Source: Patescibacteria group bacterium
GTDB lineage: Bacteria > Patescibacteriota > Patescibacteriia > PEXW01
Direction: 5' to 3'
NCBI GenBank assembly: GCA_038065235.1
Contig: JBBTRK010000014.1
Span: forward strand, 16,629-80,628
DNA: 64,000 nucleotides
Shown: positions 56,880 through 64,000 of the stretch, piece after piece
Position numbering within the stretch: position 1 is the stretch's first letter
How the letters are laid out: every line of letters begins with the position of its first letter
The notes under the pieces: generated by a model
Told to the model about the DNA's origin: nothing
Databases searched by the model: none
The model's input: the letters and a program-made list of their open reading frames with translations, nothing else
Made by a program: the position numbers and the translations under genes

Positions 56880-58103
56880 ATGGTCAAACACGTCGAACAC
56901 CACGAACCGCACCACCCCCAACGGCACACCACCACCCCCCGCCAACGCGTGTGGGTCATTTCGTTCGTCGTTGCGGCGACAGTGCTCTTCGCTGGCGTAC
57001 TCTTTTTGGCCATGGGCAAAAGCCGCATTGCTTTCACCTGGCTGCCGCAAACAATTGAAGGCACGACAACGTTAACGGTCGCGGTAGAATCTACGGGTGA
57101 TGAAATTCCAGCAGCGTTTGTCGAGAAGAGTGTGGAGGTGAGTAAAGTGTTTACCGCTGAAACCAAAGCAACAACACCACAACCTCAACCATCAACGCCA
57201 ACGGTTCCGACCTTCACCGGCAAGGCGCGCGGCAAAGTTACTATCACCAACCGCTACAGCAAAGCCCAACCACTCACCGCTGGCACTCGGTTGAAGTCAC
57301 CTGACGGTCAAATTTTCCGCACCCAAACACGAGTGGATGTACCGGTTGGCGGATCCGTGACCACCGAGGTTGTAGCTGACGTTGCTGGCGAAGCAGGTTC
57401 CCTGCCGAAAGGTACAACGTTCATCCTCCCTGCGCTGTGGGCTGGGTTACAGGATAAAATTACCGGCATCTCAACCGAGGCCTTCCACGATGATGACCAG
57501 TCAACAGCAACCACAACTTCTACAAACCCGGGGTTAACCGCAAACGAGCTGGCGAATGCTGAACAAGTGCTGCTGCAAGAAGCCATTACCCAGGCGCTCC
57601 CCGACCTGCAGAAGCTCGTCCCAACCGGCCGAACACTCTACCCCGGCTTGGTGGATGCCACGACGGTTAAACGTACCGGACCGGCAATTGGCGACAAAGC
57701 TTCGTCCTACACGCTTTCACTCACCGTAAAAACCACGGCCATTGCCGTTGACCCCGCAAAACTTACGGAGAGTGCGACCGCCCTGCTAACCACTTCCCTC
57801 TCCCCAGACCTCCAACTCCTAACCATCGATCCTGCAACCTTTGGCTACACCCTAAAAAGCACGGACGCTAAGAAGCAGCGCGCTGACGTGACCCTCGTCG
57901 CCCGCGGGACGACGATCCCCGCGCCTGCCCACCGACTCCTCCAGCAAGTAACCTTCGCCGGCAAAACAGCGGACGAGGTGCGCACGCTCTTGAGCCAAGA
58001 GCAGGCCGTTACGAATGTTCTCGTTGAGCTCATGCCTTTCTGGAACCGCCGGGTACCTTCCAACGCGAAAGATTTGCAATTGGAAGTGACCCGGGCGAAG
58101 TAG
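56880..58103 (+). CDS. Hypothetical membrane-anchored protein
   Basis: 407 aa. His-rich N-terminus. One TM (VWVISFVVAATVLFAGVLFLAM). Thr-rich extracellular region. Confidence 0.45.
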   Translation: MVKHVEHHEPHHPQRHTTTPRQRVWVISFVVAATVLFAGVLFLAMGKSRIAFTWLPQTIEGTTTLTVAVESTGDEIPAAFVEKSVEVSKVFTAETKATTPQPQPSTPTVPTFTGKARGKVTITNRYSKAQPLTAGTRLKSPDGQIFRTQTRVDVPVGGSVTTEVVADVAGEAGSLPKGTTFILPALWAGLQDKITGISTEAFHDDDQSTATTTSTNPGLTANELANAEQVLLQEAITQALPDLQKLVPTGRTLYPGLVDATTVKRTGPAIGDKASSYTLSLTVKTTAIAVDPAKLTESATALLTTSLSPDLQLLTIDPATFGYTLKSTDAKKQRADVTLVARGTTIPAPAHRLLQQVTFAGKTADEVRTLLSQEQAVTNVLVELMPFWNRRVPSNAKDLQLEVTRAK

Positions 58104-58185
58104 CCAACACGGACGCGCACCTTGGAAAACGTGCGCTTGACCTTATGGTAACCCCGAGCGCACCTTTTCCAAGGTACGCGTTCTC

Positions 58186-58281
58186 ATTGTCATTGCGAGA
58201 AACGACCAACGGGAGTGACGCGGCAATCCCGATGTACCAACGGGATTGCTTCGGGTCGAGTACGACCCTCGCAAAGACAAT
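58186..58281 (+). promoter_or_regulatory. Structured leader upstream of thrS (long-range helix ATTGTCATTGCGAG/CTCGCAAAGACAAT enclosing a hairpin with a UGU-containing loop)
   Basis: The outer 14-bp helix has one mismatch. The inner hairpin CAATCCCG-AUGUACCAA-CGGGAUUG presents U-G-U-A in the loop, i.e. the tRNA-Thr(UGU) anticodon plus A37. Confidence 0.3.
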
Positions 58282-58351
58282 ACAAAACCCCCGCGCACGA
58301 AGCGCAGGTAAATTTGAGAATTTGTCAATAATCAGGCTATACTACAAACCT

Positions 58352-60193
58352 ATGCCTGACCAACTCACCAACCTCCGCCACTCGCTAGCCCACCTGCTCG
58401 CTTCCAGCGTGCTCGAGCTCTTCCCAGACGCCAAGCTCGGCGTCGGCCCGACTATCGAGCATGGCTTCTACTACGATTTCCAACTCCCCCGCCCGCTGAC
58501 GCCGCAGGACTTGCCGAAAATTGAAAAACTCATGCGCAAGCGCATTGGCCAGAGCCTTGGTTTTGAACGCGCTGAACTTTCGGAAGTACAAGCCAAGGAG
58601 AAGTTTGCGAAGCAGCCATTCAAGCTCGAACTCATCCACGACCTCGTCACTAAGGGAACAACGGTCTTTGACGAACTGGAGAAACCTGTCGGCAAGCCGA
58701 GTGCGACCATCACGATGTACACCACGGGCAACTTCGTGGACTTGTGCCGCGGCGGGCATGTGGAGAGCACCAAGGACATCCCAGCCGACGCGTTCAAGCT
58801 CACGCACATTGCCGGCGCGTACTGGCGCGGTAGCGAGGATAACCAGATGCTCCAGCGCGTCTACGGCGTCGCCTTTTTAACGAAAGCTGAACTGGACGCC
58901 CACCTGAAGATGCAGGAAGAAGCCAAAAAGCGCGACCACCGGAAGCTCGGCCAAGACCTAGACCTCTTCACCTTCTCTGACAGCGTCGGCAAAGGCTTGC
59001 CCCTGCTCACCCCGCGCGGTTCGGTCATCCGCCGCGAGCTGGAACGCTACACCGTAGACACCGAGCTGGCCCATGGCTACCAGCACGTGTACACCCCGCC
59101 GCTTGCCAAGACTGACCTCTACAAGACCTCGGGCCACTACCCGTACTACAAAGACACAATGTACCCAGTGATGAAGGTGGACGACGACGAACTCATCCTG
59201 CGGCCCATGACCTGCCCGCACCACTTCATGCTATTCAAGGACAAGCCGCACTCTTACCGCGACTTGCCCCTGCGCTTCGCCGAGCTGGCTTCGCAGTTCC
59301 GCTACGAAAAATCCGGGGAGCTCACCGGCCTCATGCGCGTGCGCATGTTCACCCTCGCGGACGCGCACATCTTCGTGGCACCCGAGGGTGCGGAGAAAGA
59401 AATTACGAGCGTGCTCAAACTCATTGATGAAATGAACCAAACCCTGGGCCTGAAAAAAGGCGTAGACTACCGCTACCGCTTATCACTCGGTGATCGCACA
59501 GACACCAAGAAGTACTACAAAGATGACGCGGCGTGGGAGCGCGCCGAGGGCGTGTTGCGAAAAGTGCTGCAAGGCCAGAAAACGCCGTTCTTCGAAGCGC
59601 CAAACGAAGCCGCCTTCTACGGCCCGAAGATTGACGTGCAGGTGAAGAAGGTCAACGGCCAGGAAGAGACCGCCTTTACCGTGCAGTACGACTTCGTCAT
59701 GCCCGAGCGCTTCAACCTGGAGTACGTGGGCAAAGACGGCAAGATGCACCGGCCAATCGTCATTCACCGCGCTTCCATTGGCTGCTTGGAGCGCACTATT
59801 GCCTTCCTCATCGAGCACTACGCCGGCGAGCTTCCCTTGTGGCTCTCCCCCGTGCAGGTCGTCGTCATCCCGGTTGGCTTGAAGCACGAGAAGGCCTGCC
59901 AGAAACTGGGCAAAGAACTGCGTGAAGCGGGCTTGCGCGTGGATGTGTTCACGGCTGACCAATCTGTGGGTAAAAGCATCCGCATCGCAGAGAAGCAGAA
60001 GTCACCGTACATGCTGGTCATTGGCGATAAAGAAGTGAAGTCACCCAAGCTGCACGTGCGCGAGCGGGCCCGCCCGGCATCGCCTTCGGCATCAGCCGAT
60101 GGCGGACGGGGCAAAGAAAAACTACGTCTCGTCGCGAAGAAGTCATTCATTGCTGAGTTGCTAAAGAAGATTCAAACGAAGGCCAAACGCTAA
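58352..60193 (+). CDS. thrS: Threonyl-tRNA synthetase (lacks the N-terminal TGS domain)
   Basis: Start set at MPDQLTNLRHSLAHLLA (N2/SAD HxxxH). Class-II motifs and the anticodon-binding domain are present. Basic C-terminal extension. The ORF-track N-extension is leader sequence. Confidence 0.9.
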   Translation: MPDQLTNLRHSLAHLLASSVLELFPDAKLGVGPTIEHGFYYDFQLPRPLTPQDLPKIEKLMRKRIGQSLGFERAELSEVQAKEKFAKQPFKLELIHDLVTKGTTVFDELEKPVGKPSATITMYTTGNFVDLCRGGHVESTKDIPADAFKLTHIAGAYWRGSEDNQMLQRVYGVAFLTKAELDAHLKMQEEAKKRDHRKLGQDLDLFTFSDSVGKGLPLLTPRGSVIRRELERYTVDTELAHGYQHVYTPPLAKTDLYKTSGHYPYYKDTMYPVMKVDDDELILRPMTCPHHFMLFKDKPHSYRDLPLRFAELASQFRYEKSGELTGLMRVRMFTLADAHIFVAPEGAEKEITSVLKLIDEMNQTLGLKKGVDYRYRLSLGDRTDTKKYYKDDAAWERAEGVLRKVLQGQKTPFFEAPNEAAFYGPKIDVQVKKVNGQEETAFTVQYDFVMPERFNLEYVGKDGKMHRPIVIHRASIGCLERTIAFLIEHYAGELPLWLSPVQVVVIPVGLKHEKACQKLGKELREAGLRVDVFTADQSVGKSIRIAEKQKSPYMLVIGDKEVKSPKLHVRERARPASPSASADGGRGKEKLRLVAKKSFIAELLKKIQTKAKR

Positions 60194-60204
60194 ACTAACC
60201 AAAA

Positions 60205-60237
60205 CGCCCGCCCCAATACTGGGACGGGCGCTTTTTT
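60205..60237. terminator. Bidirectional rho-independent terminator between thrS and the convergent protease operon
   Basis: CGCCCGCCCC-aatact-GGGACGGGCG followed by TTTTTT on the plus strand, and by TTTTGG on the minus strand. Confidence 0.6.
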
Positions 60238-60248
60238 AAACGTTTTGG

Positions 60249-60392
60249 CTAGTTGGCGAACCCGCCGAGGTAAACCGCAAACCCGAAGGTTACGCCGAGG
60301 GCTACGACAGTGGCAATAGCTATACCAATCGTCACCTTTGTACCCACGGAGAGTTTCGTTGTTTGGGTTGTCTGGGTCATTGGTGAAGGCAT
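60249..60392 (-). CDS. 47-aa small membrane protein downstream of the dockerin-protease gene
   Basis: MPSPMTQTTQTTKLSVGTKVTIGIAIATVVALGVTFGFAVYLGGFAN. 10 bp after the upstream stop. Not in the ORF track (<60 aa). Confidence 0.35.
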   Translation of the reverse strand: MPSPMTQTTQTTKLSVGTKVTIGIAIATVVALGVTFGFAVYLGGFAN

Positions 60393-60402
60393 AGGTGTAG
60401 TA

Positions 60403-63400
60403 TTACTGAACTGCCTTGAGAGCGTCCAGGACTTTGGGGTTTTTCGGGTTGATCACTGACGGAATGGGGATAAGTTTCGCTTCTAGCGCTTTCAATGTGA
60501 GGGCTGAATTTTTCATCAACGCTAGTGCGGCAGTGCCCGCAACGTAGGTGCTGCTCACCGATGTGCCTTCAAAGCTCACCCCGAGCGCTGCACCTGGAGC
60601 ATTCACCAGCGCACCGGTATTGGTGTACGTGGCAAGCCCTTTGCCGTTCGACGTCGTGGCGCCAACCGAGAGGACGCCGCTCACGTTCGCTGGGAAGACG
60701 CGCGAGATAGGTGTGCTGTCATTCCCAGCCGCACCGACCACGAGCATACCCGACGCTTTCGCGTAACGGACGACGTCGGCGAGGAGTGTAGAAGCGCCAA
60801 CACCGCTAAACGGGAGCTCAGCAATATCTGCTCCACGTATTATTGCGTAAACCAGACCATTCGCCACACTCAACGCTGTGCCATTACCCTTGCAGTCTAG
60901 TACGCGGATCGGAATAATTTTCGCGAGCGGTGAGACACCAGTCTTCGAGACAAGTATTTTGGCTAGCGCTGTCCCGTGACCCTGGCAATCAGTGACGACT
61001 GGCGTTCCGTTGATTGTATTCCAACCCTCTACATCAGCAATGTATCCATTACGGTCATTGTCTAGAGCATTAGCAAGTTCTTTCGTTGAGGCAATTGTTC
61101 CTTCCAGCTCAACGACCATGGGTTTTACGCCGCTATCTAGCACTGCAACGCGTACATCACTAGGTAATGTACCACCACCACTTACCGGGCACGCCCGCTT
61201 CGCTAAGATGATGACGTCGGCAACGTTCTGCTTGCCGTCGCCATTCACGTCTGCACGAACCGCAGGTGATGCAACCGGCCCTTTCTTAAAGTACGTGGCA
61301 TTCAAAAACTTCACGTCACGACAATCAACCAGGTTGTCGGCATTCGCATCTCCAGAAAGTACACTTGTCAAAGATTGCTCAGCTTGCAGGGTTGTCACAT
61401 ACGTAAGCGCATCGGCAGCGTCCACTGCTCCATCACCGTTCACATCGGCAGTGAGAGACACGGTACCCTTTGAAAATACGCCATTCACCACAATGTCAGC
61501 GTCAGCCCAATTTACCTTGCCATCACTATTGAGATCTGGCAACGGTTTAGTCGTTTTATTAAGCTTGAGCAGGCGGGCGAGATCGTAGGTATCAAGAATA
61601 TTTTTCTTCCCGTCATTGTTCACATCGGATGGCGTCTCAACGCTAGCTGCAAGATCGGCTGGATTAACTGCACCATCATTATTCGCATCTCCCGGCAATA
61701 CAACAGGAGTCGATATTTCGTTCAACTTGGCATTAAGTGCCAGGACATCTAAGGGGGTTACGTCACTATCGCAATCCACATCTGCGCGATCTTTGAGCGC
61801 TGGGAGTGTTGCCTTGGCGTACATAATGTTTGCAAGTGCAGTAAGGTCTGTCTTGGTGACACTCCCATTCGCGTTGACGTCGCCGTTCAAGAAGGTGGTC
61901 GTGCCTACAGTCCGCACATTTGCACATACCGGTGCGGGTTGTGAGAGGAACACATACTCGACCATTGCGGTAACATCAGCAATGTCTACATTACCGTCAC
62001 CATCGATGTCAGCTTTCGCCAAATCAGGCGTCGGGCCATTTTCGAAAAGGTAACTCACTAAGTAATCCAGATCAGCACCGTTTACCTTACCATCGCCATT
62101 TAAGTCTGCCAGTGCGGCACGCGCCTTAATCGGTATATACACCATTTCTACCATTCGAGTAACGTCTGCAATATCGACATTTCCATCAAAGTCAAGGTCA
62201 ACACGGCTCAGTGGGCTCGGTGCTGGACCTTTCTCATACAGGTACGCTACGAGGTGGTTGAGGTCAGTAGCCGTAACCCTGCCGTCACCATTGCTATCGC
62301 CCAAAAAGTATGTTGGCACTATGACTGGCTGGACAACGCCTCCATCGGCATCGGAAACCGCACCAGAACTCAAAGTTGTACTTCCGGCTGGACTAGCCAC
62401 AGCTGCTTGCACCCCATCATTGGTGCTATACAGCAGGCTAACCAAGAACGTTACATCGGTAATGTCGAGCGCACCATCGAGATCCATATCCACGAGCCCA
62501 ATTGGGCTTGGCGCTGGGCCGTTCTCAAAGAGGTACGCGACGAGATAATCAAGATCTCGCTTATCAACAACACCGTCTCGGTTGGCATCGCCTTTGCCAT
62601 AGTTGAGAATACCTTGCGTATTCGCACCGTACAGCACCTCCACAGCCATGGTGACATCGGTAATATCTACATTCCCATCTTTATCATAGTCGGCGGCACT
62701 CAATGGGCTGGGGGCTGGACCTTTCTCATACAGGTACGCGACGAGGAAATTCAAATCATCCACAGTATACTTACCATCAGCCGTAAGGTCGGCATACCCT
62801 GCGGTCAAGTTCTTATAGAGCGTGTCGATAAGTGCGGTCACGTCGGCAATATCAATGTCGCCGTCACGATTCACGTCGGCTGCGATAGTACTCTTGGGTG
62901 CCGGACCCTTTAAGTAAAGAAAATTCACCAGTATGCGCAGATCCTTACCGTCAATAACCTTATCGAGGTTGCAGTCACCCGCTGCAGGCGCTGCTGCATT
63001 CTGGGCTTCCAAGAGTTTCACCGTCGTTCCGGCAGTGGTGCTCGAGAGTGAGCGTCCACCTGCTGCCAGTGATACCTTTCGGTTCGTCTCGACCTTTTCA
63101 ACACCTCCTTGCATGCGGAGCGCATTGGAAACTTGATTTAAATCTGCGGTCGCCGGGCTGACGCGAACCACGTACCACTGCTGCAGTGCCTTCGCTGTGC
63201 CTGCTACATCAGCGGCAGTTCCGCGCTTGTTTCGCGTAGCATTAGTCACGCTCGTCAGCTGCACCGAGTTGCTGACGACTGGGGTTATGCTCTGGAGGGT
63301 CGCAATTTTCTGCGTGATCGTTTCAACATTGCGCGTCACTGTCCGTAGACCTTCTCGCTTCTTCACTTGCGTCACGACTGGAACATTCACCGGTTTCACC

Positions 63401-63705
63401 AGTGCCTTCTGCAACGTTTGCGTCCGGCTCAGCTGCGTGCTATTCGCCGCGAACTTCACCAGTAACTCCCCCGCGACGTACCCATTTGCCGATTTCGTCA
63501 CTTTGGGACCAACGGCGACAGAAGTCCCCCTATCCGATACTGGCACTAACCGGATGAGCAGGGCAGCGAGCACGAATGACGTGCAGAGCATCGCGATCGC
63601 CGTCATGACGACCATCGAAAGCCGCACAGCCGTGTATGTTGTGGCCTGCGTTTTTACTTCAACCTTCTTCCCTTTACTCTGCGGCACCTTAGTTGGCGTT
63701 GGCAT
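60403..63705 (-). CDS. Membrane-anchored subtilisin-family (S8) serine peptidase with I9-like propeptide and ~9 tandem dockerin-type (Ca-binding) modules
   Basis: 1100 aa. N-terminal TM. Propeptide-like GELLVKFAANST...VEKVETNRKV. Repeated DxNxDGxVNxxD motifs (DVNRDGDIDIADVTALIDTLY, DLNGDGKVNGADLDYLVSYLF, etc.). C-terminal S8 triad: VAVLDSGV (D), HGTALAKIL (H), GAAGND (N), GTSVSSTYVAGTAALAL (S). Confidence 0.75.
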   Translation of the reverse strand: MPTPTKVPQSKGKKVEVKTQATTYTAVRLSMVVMTAIAMLCTSFVLAALLIRLVPVSDRGTSVAVGPKVTKSANGYVAGELLVKFAANSTQLSRTQTLQKALVKPVNVPVVTQVKKREGLRTVTRNVETITQKIATLQSITPVVSNSVQLTSVTNATRNKRGTAADVAGTAKALQQWYVVRVSPATADLNQVSNALRMQGGVEKVETNRKVSLAAGGRSLSSTTAGTTVKLLEAQNAAAPAAGDCNLDKVIDGKDLRILVNFLYLKGPAPKSTIAADVNRDGDIDIADVTALIDTLYKNLTAGYADLTADGKYTVDDLNFLVAYLYEKGPAPSPLSAADYDKDGNVDITDVTMAVEVLYGANTQGILNYGKGDANRDGVVDKRDLDYLVAYLFENGPAPSPIGLVDMDLDGALDITDVTFLVSLLYSTNDGVQAAVASPAGSTTLSSGAVSDADGGVVQPVIVPTYFLGDSNGDGRVTATDLNHLVAYLYEKGPAPSPLSRVDLDFDGNVDIADVTRMVEMVYIPIKARAALADLNGDGKVNGADLDYLVSYLFENGPTPDLAKADIDGDGNVDIADVTAMVEYVFLSQPAPVCANVRTVGTTTFLNGDVNANGSVTKTDLTALANIMYAKATLPALKDRADVDCDSDVTPLDVLALNAKLNEISTPVVLPGDANNDGAVNPADLAASVETPSDVNNDGKKNILDTYDLARLLKLNKTTKPLPDLNSDGKVNWADADIVVNGVFSKGTVSLTADVNGDGAVDAADALTYVTTLQAEQSLTSVLSGDANADNLVDCRDVKFLNATYFKKGPVASPAVRADVNGDGKQNVADVIILAKRACPVSGGGTLPSDVRVAVLDSGVKPMVVELEGTIASTKELANALDNDRNGYIADVEGWNTINGTPVVTDCQGHGTALAKILVSKTGVSPLAKIIPIRVLDCKGNGTALSVANGLVYAIIRGADIAELPFSGVGASTLLADVVRYAKASGMLVVGAAGNDSTPISRVFPANVSGVLSVGATTSNGKGLATYTNTGALVNAPGAALGVSFEGTSVSSTYVAGTAALALMKNSALTLKALEAKLIPIPSVINPKNPKVLDALKAVQ

Positions 63706-63904
63706 ATGCGCTTGTATTATGACGAAAGCTCGAACGCTCCCTAAGGAGCGCCGAAATTATGAAATAGAGAGTTGAGTAGCTATTCCCTTCGTTTGGCAGT
63801 GCATGGTATGGGTATTACTTTGATTTCTAAACCTATTATACCACGTCTGAACGAGTTTTGCAACAGTTAACAATATCGCTATGGATAAATGCTAGAATAC
63901 ACGC

Positions 63905-64000
63905 ATGGAACAGCGAGTTATTGCAATTGTTGGGCAAACGGCAACTGGGAAATCTCAACTCGGAATCGTTCTCGCAAAAAAATTCCATGGGTCAATTGTG
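63905..64000 (+). CDS. miaA: tRNA dimethylallyltransferase, N-terminal fragment (runs off the window)
   Basis: MEQRVIAIVGQTATGKSQLGIVLAKKFHGSIV: P-loop GQTATGKS, as in the MiaA N-terminus. TAGAAT box 6 nt upstream of the ATG. Confidence 0.6.
   Translation, partial: MEQRVIAIVGQTATGKSQLGIVLAKKFHGSIV

Noticed and set aside
58104-58351. T-box riboswitch upstream of thrS
   Set aside because: There is no AGGGUGGNACCGCG T-box sequence and no obvious specifier-loop arrangement. Only an anticodon-mimic-like hairpin is seen, which is reported separately.
60992-62913. Several plus-strand ORFs (198, 145 and 219 aa) and regularly spaced DNA repeats that could be mistaken for a CRISPR-like array
   Set aside because: They are antisense to the dockerin-protease gene. 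The repeats are the coding tandem dockerin modules, with about 170-bp period, imperfect copies, no spacer/repeat regularity and no cas genes. No CRISPR array is present in the window.

Overview
This window is gene-dense (roughly 90% coding) and has the features of a small-genome, monoderm, CPR/Patescibacteria-like bacterium. That taxonomic call is inference from gene content only: short EF-Ts, short TsaB, FtsEX, DUF3048 paralogs, and a heliorhodopsin. It uses the standard genetic code, and UGA acts as a stop codon. Recognisable housekeeping content includes: a complete F1Fo ATP synthase operon (atpZ-B-E-F-H-A-G-D-C, minus strand); rpsB-tsf; rpmE-prfA-prmC; a tRNA-Thr/tRNA-Thr/rpmG/tRNA-Trp/pseudouridine synthase string; tRNA-Gly, tRNA-Thr and tRNA-Gln; xseA-xseB; ftsX-ftsE; ftsW; lexA; dnaE; metG; thrS; rsmI; rplY; and a partial miaA. 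The unusual content is: (1) a heliorhodopsin gene immediately followed by a peroxiredoxin, a cytochrome-b5-domain protein and small membrane proteins. (2) A VirD4/TraG-like coupling ATPase whose 3' end carries an AT-rich ~1 kb insertion bounded by a 19-24 bp direct repeat that duplicates the gene's last codons; the insertion encodes a zeta-toxin-like P-loop kinase plus an overlapping 59-aa ORF. (3) A 600-bp insertion between atpG and atpD made of two copies of a 91-nt structured inverted-repeat element flanking an oppositely oriented 36-aa hydrophobic peptide gene with its own SD and terminator. (4) A LexA-linked Y-family polymerase paralog that lacks the catalytic aspartates (ImuB-like). (5) A 1100-aa S8 protease with about nine tandem dockerin modules. 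(6) A ~430-nt ORF-free structured region that ends in an intrinsic terminator, i.e. a candidate ncRNA or leader. (7) A conserved 33-nt hairpin fused to the CCA end of two tRNAs. (8) An AT-rich kinase-like/histidine-phosphatase gene pair. I ran no database searches; all family assignments rest on motifs I could read directly.
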